Positions 26,425 to 36,203 of a DNA stretch of 64,000 nucleotides are shown here, piece by piece. The stretch spans positions 1-64,000 of the forward strand of contig CAVYZN010000014.1 of assembly GCA_963773065.1 (NCBI GenBank), in the 5' to 3' direction. Within the stretch, counting starts at the first letter, position 1. Each line of letters starts with the position of its first letter. Both the position numbers and the translations under genes were made by a program. The DNA is from an uncultured Gammaproteobacteria bacterium. GTDB lineage: Bacteria; Pseudomonadota; Gammaproteobacteria; UBA9214. The notes under the pieces were generated by a model. It was not told the DNA's origin and did not search any database. It was given only the letters and a program-made list of their open reading frames with translations.

Positions 26425-28053
26425 CTAAGCCGGCATAGCCGGAACCAAACAGGAAGAGGTATTGTACGCACGGGCTAAGCGGTGGTGGCGACGATGACAC
26501 AGGCGTTGGTGGAACGGTACGCAGATCGGTTGCATGGGGTGCTCTCCTGTTACGACCGCATCGTGATGACGGGCACGTTGCCGGGGGCCTGCTATGCGCA
26601 GGGCATGACGGCGTTTTTGTACGCGAGGGGCATTCGGATTTTCGACTATCCCCGGTTTGCCGAGCCCTTGCGCGAGGCGCTCCGCGAGCGCGCGCAGGAG
26701 CTGGCGCAGTCGGCGGGGATCGAGATCGAGCATATCGCCAAAGCCCACATCCGCAAGGAAGATGTGGTCGCCAAGGTGCTTGAGCGGCGCGGCGATCATC
26801 CGGGTCTGGTGCACATCATTTCGGCGATGGAAGCCTGTCAAAGCTACAAGCCCTGGCATGACAAGGCGAGCGGCAAGACCTACCTCAAGCCCGATACGGG
26901 CAAATGCCTGCACTACTATTTTTACTTCATCGACCCGCTCGTCGGCCTGTGTTACCTGCGGGTGCCGACTTGGTGCCCGTTCAAATTGCAGTTCTATTGC
27001 AACGGCCATGGTTGGCTGGCGCAGAAGCTTAAAACCCGGCGCATCGGCTTTACCCAGGTGGACAATGCCTTTGTGCGCCTGGATGACTTCGCGCGCGCGC
27101 AACAGTTGGCCGATGGCTTCAAGCCCGAGCAACTGCACCGCATCCTGGATCGTTACGCGCGCCAGTGCTGCCCGGTGCACAAGAGCTTCGGGCAAGGCTA
27201 TCACTGGAGCCTGCTGCAGGTGGAGTACGCTACCGATCTGGTGTTCCGCTCCCAAGAGATGCTGGCGCCCCTGTATGAACAGCTCTCCCGCCAGGCGGTG
27301 CTGGGGGTGAAGGCCGAACAGATTGCCACCTTTCTCGGCAAGAAGATCACCCCGCCGCTGGCGCAGGAGATCGGCAACCGCTTTGCCACCCGCATCGAAG
27401 GGACCTGCATCAAACATCGCCTGGGCAAGGTTCAGGTGAAGATGTACGACAAATACGCCCGTGTGCTGCGCATCGAAACCACCGTCAACGACGTCTCCTT
27501 CTTCAAGCACCACCGCAAGGTGGAACATCGAGATAGACCCAGCACGCGGCAACTGGCGCCGCTGAAGAAATCCATCTACAGCCTGATCGATCTGCGCCAG
27601 ATCCTCCTGGGATGCAATCGCCGCTACCTGGAGTATCTGTCCGCGCTGGACAATCACAGCGCCGGACAGCGCGCGCTCTCGCGCCTGACCGACGAGCGGT
27701 GCGAGAGCGACCGGCCGATCAAGGGCCTGAACTTCTTCAAGCGCACCGAGCAGCAACTGCTGCGGGCACTGCAACGTCCGCAGTTCAATATCCACGGTCT
27801 GCGGCGCGCCGATCTGATGGCTTTGCTGCCCCACGCCTCGGCGGCTGCGCTCTCGCGAGAGCTGAAACGGCTGCTTGCCCTCGGCGTGATCAAACGGGTC
27901 ACCGGAACTTATCGTTACTACCTCACGCGCTTGGGGCGCGCCGCCATCGCCGCCGCCTGCTCGCTCACGGAATTCAGTATCGTTCCCGCTTTGGCCACTG
28001 CAAAGTAACAAACTCTTCGCCATTTCTGTCAACAGTAAAGTCATAAGAGACTA
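26425..28053 (+). mobile_element. Insertion element without terminal inverted repeats, copy 1 (CTA direct repeat at both ends)
   Basis: Matches 36204-37832 apart from one substitution seen; interrupts the pAgo frame, which is restored on removal. Confidence 0.9.
26482..28008 (+). CDS. Putative transposase, 508 aa, Rep_trans-like motifs plus C-terminal winged HTH
   Basis: Only convincing ORF of a duplicated element; QVEYATD...KMYDK...LRIE; C-terminal LSRELKRLLALGVIKRV..TYRYYLT. Confidence 0.75.
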   Translation: MVATMTQALVERYADRLHGVLSCYDRIVMTGTLPGACYAQGMTAFLYARGIRIFDYPRFAEPLREALRERAQELAQSAGIEIEHIAKAHIRKEDVVAKVLERRGDHPGLVHIISAMEACQSYKPWHDKASGKTYLKPDTGKCLHYYFYFIDPLVGLCYLRVPTWCPFKLQFYCNGHGWLAQKLKTRRIGFTQVDNAFVRLDDFARAQQLADGFKPEQLHRILDRYARQCCPVHKSFGQGYHWSLLQVEYATDLVFRSQEMLAPLYEQLSRQAVLGVKAEQIATFLGKKITPPLAQEIGNRFATRIEGTCIKHRLGKVQVKMYDKYARVLRIETTVNDVSFFKHHRKVEHRDRPSTRQLAPLKKSIYSLIDLRQILLGCNRRYLEYLSALDNHSAGQRALSRLTDERCESDRPIKGLNFFKRTEQQLLRALQRPQFNIHGLRRADLMALLPHASAAALSRELKRLLALGVIKRVTGTYRYYLTRLGRAAIAAACSLTEFSIVPALATAK

Positions 28054-28907
28054 TGGTGGTAAAGGCAAGCGGTCAATCGTAGGTGCTACTGCTGGAACTT
28101 ACCAGCAGCAGGATACCCAAGATGAGGCGACCCGTGCATGGAACTTCTTTGTTGCCCTGATTTATAAAGCCGGGATTTCCCCTTGGCGGCTCGTTCGGGA
28201 GAGCAAGAACTACGAGTCGTGCTTTGTCGGTGTATGTTTCTACCGGATCTTGGATTCGTCCAAGGTCATGACGAGTATGGCGCAGATATTTAATGAGCGA
28301 GGCGAGGGGATGATTATTCGTGGTGGTCCGGTTGATCTGACCAAGGATGATCCACAACCCCATTTGAGTGAGCTTGATGCCTGGACGCTGCTAAGTCACG
28401 CCTTGAAGAGATATCGAGAAGAGCATCGGCACCTACCCGCCAGGGTCGTACTGCATAAGACCTCAACTTTCAACAAGGCGGAAATGGCAGGATTCTCCGC
28501 AGCGGTTGAGGAACAATCGATTGAATTCTTCGACTTTCTCGCTCTTGCAAAGTCGGGGATGAGGTTGTTTCGACACGGCAAGTATCCTCCGCTTCGCGGG
28601 ACATGCCTGCATCTCGATGACTCGAACCACCTGCTCTACACGCGCGGTAGCAGCGAATTCTATGAAACCTATACCGGGATGTACGTTCCGAGGGCATTGC
28701 ACCTTCAGCTTGCAGCCCGTGAAACAGCTCCCGAGAAGTTGGCGTTAGAAATTTTGGCGCTTACCAAGCTTAATTGGAACAGCACACAAATTGACGGGAG
28801 TTTCCCGATAACGCTTCGGGCTGCCAAGCGAGTTGGAGACGTCCTGAAATACGTGCCCGATGAAGAGGAGCCGAGGGCACAATACAGCTTTTACATGTGA
28901 AAGGTTG

Positions 28908-29018
28908 ATGTCTAAACCCCACGAACACAAAACTATCCAATCCCGCATTTTGGCCTATGCGCAGGAAATCGGCTGGCGTTTTGTGCCGCGCGCCGAAGGT
29001 GACAGATTGCTCCAATGA
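28908..29018 (+). pseudogene. Type I restriction HsdR N-terminal stub (36 aa)
   Basis: MSKPHEHKTIQSRILAYAQEIGWRFVPRAE resembles HsdR N-termini; 7 bp after the pAgo stop. Confidence 0.6.
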
Positions 29019-29198
29019 CGGACACCACGCATAGCCCACCCTCGCGTCCCTCAAAGTTTGAGGACCGATACCGGTTGTATCTGGACGAGTCCGGTGATCA
29101 TGTGTTCCGGGAAACCGGCTCGCCGGCCCACCGCTACCTGTGTCTGCTTGGGTGCTGGTTCAGGAATCCGGATTACACCGAGTTTCATGCGACACTAG
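29015..29198 (+). pseudogene. DUF3800-family protein truncated by IS1634
   Basis: YRLYLDESGD motif; frame runs into the IS1634 terminal repeat. Confidence 0.65.
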
Positions 29199-30702
29199 CC
29201 CAACTTAGCGGATTCGGCGTGTCGGTCGCGCCAACTCATTGATCCCTATGAACGGACCCTCGAAAGTCTGCACTACAAGCGGACGGCTGTCTCGGCCTGA
29301 GCAGTGGTGATCCGAGGCGGTGGTTGGGCCGGCAGTTCGATGTGTAAGCGATCGAGCAGCAGCTTCAGATCACGCTCGGGCTCGGTGTAGCGCGTCAGCA
29401 CGACTTCGCGTCCATCGGTCGTGGGGATGCGCACATCGATCATCTACGGCGGCAAACTTCTCGAGCACGCTGCGCGCGCTCAGTCCGCGCGCGTGCGGGC
29501 GTAGCTGCTGCGTCAATGTCGCGTGCAGGCAGTAGGCCAGGAAGGCGATAAAGACGTGCGCCTCGATGCGGCTCTCCTGCTGATGGAAGATCGGGCGGAT
29601 GGCGAGCTCCCCCTTGAGATTCTTGAACGCCTCTTCGACCTGCACGAGCTGGATGTAGTAACGCCACAGTTCGGCAGGGTCGCTCCCGGTGAGATTGGTG
29701 CGCAGCAGATAGCGACCTTCGCGACGGCGCCGTGCGCGCAGCTTCTCGCGGCGCAGCGCGTAGGTGAAGACGCCCCCGTGTTCGTGAACCTGCACCTCAA
29801 CCAGGCGCCACGCTGAGGGCGACTGGCTGCGTGCCGCGCCCAGTTTCATCAGCAGCGCCTCGCGGCTGAGCTTCATCGTCGAGAGCTGCTTCAGTCGCGC
29901 CCACAAGCGCTTGAGCTGGCGGGTGCGCATCGCGCGCTCTTTCGCGATCCGGTCATGGCTTTGGGCGAAGACGTACATCTCACCCTCCTGTGCGAGGAGC
30001 TTCACTTGCACGCCGGGCCGCGCCTCGTGCCAGGGTTTGAAAAGCAGATCCTTCTCCAGGCGCGAGAGTCGCCCCTTCGGCGTGCCGACCAAGTAGTACA
30101 CGGGCGGATCGCTGCCGCGCATCTCCTGCAACACCTCCTCGGTCGGAATGCCGCGATCCATCACCCACACGCGACGCGCCTTGCCGTACTGACGCTCGAT
30201 GTGCGCAAGAAAACCGCGCAGCGTCGTAGTGTCGGCCGTGTTGCCGGGCAGCACCTCATAGGCGAGCGGCAACCCCTCGGGGGTGACAACCAGGGCGATG
30301 ACGATCTGCACGCAGTCGCTGCGCCGATCGCGTGAGTAGCCGTACTGGCGCTTGTCGCCCTCTGCAAACGGCGGATTCGCCTCGAAGTAGGTGCTGGTGT
30401 AAGTGCCGACCAAAACCCGCGGCTATTTGCCGCGACTGTATTCGAGGCGCACCCCTGCACTTGAGGTCTGCGTTGACGACTCGGTGTGCAAGAACGAGGT
30501 TTGACGGGGCGCGGAGTCACCCGAATCAGGTGACAGAGAATCTGAAAGTTGGTAAGACAGGCTGGCCGAGGAGATAGGCGTAACGCCAGCCATGATTTGA
30601 CGGTCAACCCTGGCGCTACGCCCCCAACCGTGCTTTCGCACAGCCACCGTAGTGTCGCACCTGGCGTGGTCATTATCCAGCGCTCATCGGCCGGTTGTGC
30701 CG

Positions 30703-31128
30703 ATGAAACCCAGTGCCCGTCTGTACCATTGTGCCGGCTGCCATTGCCAGGTCTTTGTCTGTCGACAGTGCGACCGGGGGAACCTCTACTGCGCCCGCGG
30801 TTGCGCTGAACGGGCCCGAACGGCGTCGCTGCGACGCGCCGGATCCCGTTACTGTTCGACGCGCCGGGGTCGCCTGGCCAACGCCGCCCGTCAGGGCCGG
30901 TTCCGTGCGCGTCAAAGACAAAAAGTAACGCATCAGGGTTCCCTTCCGATAGTGGCGCTTGTTCTACTCCTCTGCGCATTGAACAACCCGGAAAGTCCTC
31001 AGGAAGACGCGCGCAGCGGCGCCCCTACCGCGATTTATTGCCATGTCTGTGGTTGTGAATGCGAGCCCTGGTTGAGACGGGAGTTTCTTCGACCCACCGA
31101 ACGCGCTCGACAACCGCGAGCACCGTGA
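30703..31128 (+). CDS. Cys-rich (zinc-finger-like) accessory protein of the IS21 element
   Basis: CAGC..VCRQCDRGNLYC..GC...CHVCG. Confidence 0.65.
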   Translation: MKPSARLYHCAGCHCQVFVCRQCDRGNLYCARGCAERARTASLRRAGSRYCSTRRGRLANAARQGRFRARQRQKVTHQGSLPIVALVLLLCALNNPESPQEDARSGAPTAIYCHVCGCECEPWLRREFLRPTERARQPRAP

Positions 31129-31155
31129 CCGAAGCGCGACAACAGGAGACAGCCA

Positions 31156-32738
31156 TTGACGATCGACAAGGAACAGGAAGCGAAGATTCTGCGCTATCAC
31201 TTCGTGGAGCGCTGGGGGGTGAACACCATTGCCGCGCAACTGGGTATTCATCACTCCAGCGTCGATCGGGTGCTCTCGCAGGCGGGCTTGCCCAAAGCCG
31301 AGCGCACCCGCCAAGCCTCGATCGTCGATCCCTACCACCCGATGATCATCGAGACGCTCGCGCAGTTTCCCCGGCTCACCGCCGCACGCCTGTATGCCAT
31401 GGCGCAGGCGCGCGGCTACGCCGGTGGGGCGAGCCAGTTCAGGGCGCATGTGGCGCAGCTGCGCCCGCGCAAGCCCAGTGAGGCGTATCTGCGACTGCGA
31501 ACCCTGCCGGGCGAGCACGACTGCATGGATGCAGGAGGTAGAGCAACGCAGGAGCAGTTGCCGAGGCACAGATCGACTGGGGGCACTTCGGGCAGGTACA
31601 GATCGGCCGGGCGCAGCGCCCGTTGATGGCCTTCGTGATGGTGTTGAGCTGGAGCCGGCAGATCTTCCTGCGCTTTTATCTCAACCAACGCATGGACAAC
31701 TTCCTGCGCGGGCACGTCGCGGCGTTCAGCGCCTGCGGGGGTGTGGCGCGGGTGCTGCTCTACGATAACTTGCGCTCCGCCGTGCTCGAGCGCCAGGGCG
31801 AGGCGATCCGTTTTCACCCCACGCTGCTGGCGCTGTCGGCACACTATCGCTTCGAGCCGCGGCCGGTGGCGCCCGCGCGAGGCAATGAAAAAGGCCGTGT
31901 CGAGCGGGCGATCCGCTACATCCGCGACAGCTTCTTTGCCGGTCGTCAATGGTCGGATGTCGAGGACTTGAATGCGCAGGCCGCGGCCTGGTACTCGGGC
32001 CTCAGTGCCAACCGCCCGTGTCCGGAAGACCCCGCTATCACCGTCAGGGACGCCTTCGAGCAGGAGCGCGCGCAGCTCATTGCCTTACCGGACAATCCCT
32101 ATCCCACCGAGGAACGCCTCGAAGTGAGTGTCGGCAAGACACCGTATATCCGCTTTGATCTTAATGACTACTCGGTGCCGCACACCCAGGTGCGGCGCAC
32201 CGTGACGGTCCTGGCCTCGCCGACCCAGGTGCGGGTGCTTGACGCCGGCGCGGTGATTGCCGAGCACCGGCGCGTCTATGGCAAGGGCGAGCAGATCGAG
32301 GATCCGGGCCATATCGAGGCGTTGATCGATGCCAAGCGCGGCGCACGCCAGCACCGCGGTCAGGACCGCCTGGCGCACGCGGCGCCGTCGAGCCGCCAGT
32401 TGCTGCGCGAGGCGGCCGAGCGGGGCAACCGCCTGAGCCAGGTCGTCTCGCAGCTGACCCGGCTGCTCGACGAATACGGTGCAAGCGCGCTCGAGCACGC
32501 CATCGCCGAGGCGCTCGCCAACGGGGTTCCGCACCCCAATGCGGTGCGCCAGGCGCTGGAGCGAGCGCGTGAGCAGCGCCACCTGCCGCCACCGCTGGCC
32601 ATCGTGCTGCCGGACAACGCCAAGGCGAGAAACATCGTGGTGCGTCCCGCCTCCCTGGCGGCCTACGATCAACTCGACACCGACGACGCCGCCGAGATGG
32701 CAGAGCAACAGGAGCGCACCGATGACGAGAACCGCTGA
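31156..32738 (+). pseudogene. istA: IS21 transposase IstA, frameshifted by a 47-bp insert
   Basis: LPGE[insert]QAQIDWG, LYDNLRSAV, NEKGRVERAIRYIR. Confidence 0.88.
31518..31564. mobile_element. 47-bp miniature insertion
   Basis: Deleting CGACTGCATGGATGCAGGAGGTAGAGCAACGCAGGAGCAGTTGCCGA restores GAG CAG GCA CAG ATC GAC TGG (EQAQIDW). Confidence 0.8.
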
Positions 32739-33531
32739 TGCAGGGATCCCTCAGGAAGCGCTCAAGCAGCGGGCGCTCGCGCTCAAGCTCCATGAGCTGG
32801 TTGCGCACTGGGAGGAGCTGAGCGACCCGCAGATCGACTGGGTGAGGGCGTTGCTCCAGTGGGAGGACAGCGAGCGCAAGCGCCGCGGTCTGGAACGACG
32901 GCTGAGCGCGGCGCACATCGGCCGCTTCAAACCCCTCGCTGACTTCGACTGGGACTGGCCCGCGCAGTGCGACAAGGCGGCCGTCTCAGAGCTGATGCGC
33001 CTCAACTTCATCAAGGACGCCACCAACGTCATTCTGGTCGGGCCCAACGGCGTCGGCAAATCCACCATCGCACAGAACATCGTGCATCACGCCGTCCTGC
33101 AGGGACACAGCGCCTTGTTCGTCAACTCCGCCCAGATGCTCGGGGACCTGGCGGCACAGGAGGGTGACAACGCCTTGCGCCGACGCCTGAAACACTACGC
33201 GCATCCACAGGTGCTGGTGATCGATGAAGTCGGTTACCTCTCCTACGGCAGTCGCCATGCGGATCTGCTGTTCAACATCGTTAATCAACGCTATGAGCTC
33301 AAGCCAACGATTGTGACCACAAACCGACCCTTTGGCGAGTGGAACGAGGTGTTCCCCAACGCAGCCTGCGTGATCTCAATCGTCGATCGCCTGGTGCATC
33401 ACTCCGAGATCATCGTCCTCGAGGGCGAGTCCTATCGCTTCCGAGAGGCGAAGGAGCGCGCCAGCAGGAAGAAGAAATCCACGAAATCCACGCGTAGCGC
33501 CACTCCAAGAACGCCCGCAGGAGACCGCTGA
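32722..33531 (+). CDS. istB: IS21 helper ATPase IstB
   Basis: GPNGVGKS Walker A, LVIDEVGY Walker B, DRLVHHS. Confidence 0.93.
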   Translation: MTRTADAGIPQEALKQRALALKLHELVAHWEELSDPQIDWVRALLQWEDSERKRRGLERRLSAAHIGRFKPLADFDWDWPAQCDKAAVSELMRLNFIKDATNVILVGPNGVGKSTIAQNIVHHAVLQGHSALFVNSAQMLGDLAAQEGDNALRRRLKHYAHPQVLVIDEVGYLSYGSRHADLLFNIVNQRYELKPTIVTTNRPFGEWNEVFPNAACVISIVDRLVHHSEIIVLEGESYRFREAKERASRKKKSTKSTRSATPRTPAGDR

Positions 33532-33533
33532 CC

Positions 33534-33737
33534 ATGTCGATGAAAGTCACACGCTTATACACCTACTGGGACGCCCCGGAAGCCCATGCCGTCATCGAGT
33601 TCCTGGAGGTGCTTCGAGATCAGCTCTGGGAGATCTATGGCGATCAGATCATTGATCTGCTTCGCGAGGAAACCGTTACCCAGGGCGCAAACGAGCAGCA
33701 GGCCGAGCTTCAGTTCGATGACGACCCTGAGTTCTAG
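33534..33737 (+). CDS. Small acidic accessory protein of the IS21 element
   Basis: 67-aa ORF right after istB, inside the right end. Confidence 0.6.
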   Translation: MSMKVTRLYTYWDAPEAHAVIEFLEVLRDQLWEIYGDQIIDLLREETVTQGANEQQAELQFDDDPEF

Positions 33738-34709
33738 ACGGCACTGATACGGGCGCCACCGATAGCGTCCATAAGCTGTTATGCCTGGATACGGCAAACA
33801 GTCGCGGCAAATAGCCGCGCTTTTACTCCGGCAACAACAGCTGGTGAGATCGTAAAGCAGTACATCGAAGCTGACGTTGAACAGATCACGCCAGCGGCTC
33901 GCCAGATGATCAAACACCGCCGTCTTGTGCGCGAGCAAGCGGTCGTGACACGCATAGAGCGTGTGGATGTCGGCAAGCCGCTCGTCGGCTCCGAGCAAAT
34001 CAGCGAGCGCGCTGCGCTCGAACCACTCCCGGTGCAGTCGCCACTCGCTGCCCGGGGCGAGCAGCCGATAGGCGACCAGCACGAACAGCACCTGATCCCA
34101 GCGCGTCCCCTTGCGGCTCTTGCTCAACCGCACCCCCCAGAACGCATCGAGCTCCAGCTGCTGCCAAAGCCGCCACGCCAACCACACCGCGCCCCACTGC
34201 CGCGGCCGGCACAATCGCAGTTGCGACAGGCACAGCCGCACCACCGCGGCATCCTCGCTCAGCCCCTCACAGCGATCCTCGGGAAGCAGTGCGAGCGTGC
34301 GCGCTGTGCCCTCACGCTCGTCCAACACCTCGATCGAACGGCGCCACGCACGCTCCTGGGAATCGGTGATCTCGCCCAGGTACAGCACGTGCCGTTGCAG
34401 CACGCGCCCATCGGCAAGGCGTCGATTCTCAACCACGCTCCAGTAACGGTGCGTCTTGCCATCCTTCTTGCGGGTCGTCGCACGCAGAAACATGGCACCC
34501 CATTATCCACACCGTTTTGCCGCGGGGAACAAGCAAGGTCTGCACTACAGCGGTTTTCGGGCGATTCCGCTCGAGAGCCTACATACCGATCAATCACTTG
34601 TGCGAAGCGGTCCGCGAAAAATCACGAAAATCAAGGGCGAATCCGCCAAGTTGGGCTAATGTCTCAGCCGTCCTGTTCCGTCGTTTCGCGGACCCACTTT
34701 CTGTCTCTA

Positions 34710-35045
34710 TCAATAGACAAACCAATAGGCTGTCATTGCGATCCAACTGAGCACGAGCAATAACCAAGGTAACCAGTGCTGTCTGTAGACTACTTTTTCC
34801 TGTACCTCAATTTCGTGTGTCTCAGGTGACGCGACCTGTTGCTTGACCTTCTTGAGATTCTTGTCCAACTCTCTGGCCTTGGCGTTTTGTTGCTTCTTGT
34901 ATTGCTCGATACCTTTTTGTATCCCCTGCGTAATCAGCTTTGTCTGTTCCTTGGTCTGCCCGGGACGTTGCGTGCCGCGGGCAATCCGCAGGGCTTCGTC
35001 ATGGGTGGCTTCTGATGGCGGGCGCCTTTTTACATTTCTGGCCAT
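34710..35045 (-). CDS. DUF2956-like membrane-anchored protein
   Basis: TQRPGQTKEQTKLITQGIQKGIEQYKKQQ...WLPWLLLVLSW. Confidence 0.75.
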   Translation of the reverse strand: MARNVKRRPPSEATHDEALRIARGTQRPGQTKEQTKLITQGIQKGIEQYKKQQNAKARELDKNLKKVKQQVASPETHEIEVQEKVVYRQHWLPWLLLVLSWIAMTAYWFVY

Positions 35046-35702
35046 GGGTTTTCCCTATTCTGCCTGTGATTCTTCTATCTCTACCCGGAAGGTGGGAGTA
35101 GTCTGACTCGGCTTATTGGATTTGACCAGCTTCCTGCGATACGACCCCATGGCATGGACTACGGAACTTCCGAATCCGGCCATAACTTGCCGTTCCCGGA
35201 CGGCTAGCGAACGGCAACTTTGCCCGCAACTACGGACATTCATGTCGCTCAGGTTGTGCGGTTGTCCGTGATAGCAGGACGGGGACACGTTTCAGGCACC
35301 GCCATCCAAGCCCATGGGAATTCCAATCTCGCAGTCTCAGTTTGGCGAATAGCTACTGGACCTAAACGAAGCGAAACTCGGCCCTATCATGAGGTGTAAA
35401 AAAACGCCCCTCGGAGTGCAGAGGGGCGATAAGGCCTGATGAGGGTCAACGGCACCTTCCGTGGCACTGAAGTACTGAAAGTGTAGTCGAGCGAAACAGG
35501 TCTGTCTTGTAAAAACGCCGAGGTACACGACATCAGGAAGACAAGGACACCCGGGAAAAAGGCACAAAAAGCGGGACACTTCAGGAACAACCACCTGCTA
35601 AAATTAAATTGCGGAGGTTTCTATCCGCTGATGATTGCAGTGCACTTGGTTACCAAGTTTGCTGTCCACATTGCATATAAAACAGTTGATGAGGTAGTAG
35701 AT

Positions 35703-36113
35703 ATGACTAAGCTGAACAAAACATTGTGTGTCGCTGCCATTGCCGGCGCCCTAGCGGTTCCTTTTACGGCAGCCCAAGCCTGGGGTCCCTGGGGTGGTGG
35801 TGGTCCCTGGAGTAATGGCTGGGGTAATGACAGCTCGGGTGAGGGCTGGGGTGATGGCTCCGGTGACATGGACTTCAGTATGAGCGGTAGCGGCCATGGC
35901 AGTGGTTATGGGCGTGGTCGTGGTTATGGCTCTGGCTATGGTTATGGCTATGGCGGCTATCCGGGTTATGGCTATGGTGGCTATCCCGGTTATGGTGGCT
36001 GGGGTGGTCCTGGCTATGGCGGTGGCTATCCAGGTGCCTATGGTGCGCCGTATGGTTATGCTCCCCCGGCGGTCGCACCCGTACAACCAGCCGCACCGGC
36101 CAGTAGCAAATAA
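35703..36113 (+). CDS. Sulfur globule envelope protein (SgpA/SgpB-like)
   Basis: Signal peptide ending AAQA, then WGPW, GDMDFSMSG and GYGGYP/YGAPYGY repeats; RBS GAGG. Confidence 0.8.
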   Translation: MTKLNKTLCVAAIAGALAVPFTAAQAWGPWGGGGPWSNGWGNDSSGEGWGDGSGDMDFSMSGSGHGSGYGRGRGYGSGYGYGYGGYPGYGYGGYPGYGGWGGPGYGGGYPGAYGAPYGYAPPAVAPVQPAAPASSK

Positions 36114-36132
36114 CACGTAACACGACGAGTAA

Positions 36133-36170
36133 TACAGACGACCCAGCACAGGGAGGTGTGGGGTCGTTGT
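36133..36170 (+). terminator. Stem-loop after the sulfur globule gene
   Basis: CGACCC...GGGTCG hairpin; weak U-tract. Confidence 0.4.
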
Positions 36171-36203
36171 GGCTATAATGGAACAATGGTCGCCTATAGC
36201 TAC

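Larger units (their letters stand above)
26389..28900 (+). pseudogene. Short prokaryotic Argonaute (MID-PIWI), 5'-truncated and interrupted by a mobile element
   Basis: Removing the element and one CTA restores ISFPVQLLLPVT-YGG...QDEATRAWNFFVALIYKAG..PWRL...CFVGVCFY...RVVLHKTS...YPPLRGT...LLYTRG...LTKLNWN...PITL...YSFYM. Confidence 0.88.
30398..33839 (+). mobile_element. IS21-family element with two accessory ORFs
   Basis: TG...CA ends; inverted CGCGGCTATTTGCCGCGACTGT; 5-bp target duplication GCTGG at 30393-30397 and 33840-33844. Confidence 0.92.
29196..34658 (-). mobile_element. IS1634-family element interrupted by an IS21 element
   Basis: 20-bp inverted ends TAGCCCAACTT(A/G)GCGGATTC with one mismatch; transposase pieces at 33840-34493 and 29273-30397 rejoin as LYDLTSTYFE; VMDRGI; VEEAFKNLKGELAIRPIFHQ. 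Confidence 0.92.

Noticed and set aside
26425-28044. 539-aa antisense ORF covering the whole element (also 36204-37823)
   Set aside because: It is in codon register with the sense gene, the frame that commonly stays open in GC-rich genes; no recognisable motifs
35640-35670. Sigma54 promoter before the sulfur globule gene
   Set aside because: GG and GC are 11 nt apart rather than the required 10
35880-36060. CRISPR-like or tandem DNA repeats (GGTTATGGC units)
   Set aside because: These are coding Gly-Tyr repeats of the sulfur globule protein; no spacers and no cas genes in the window
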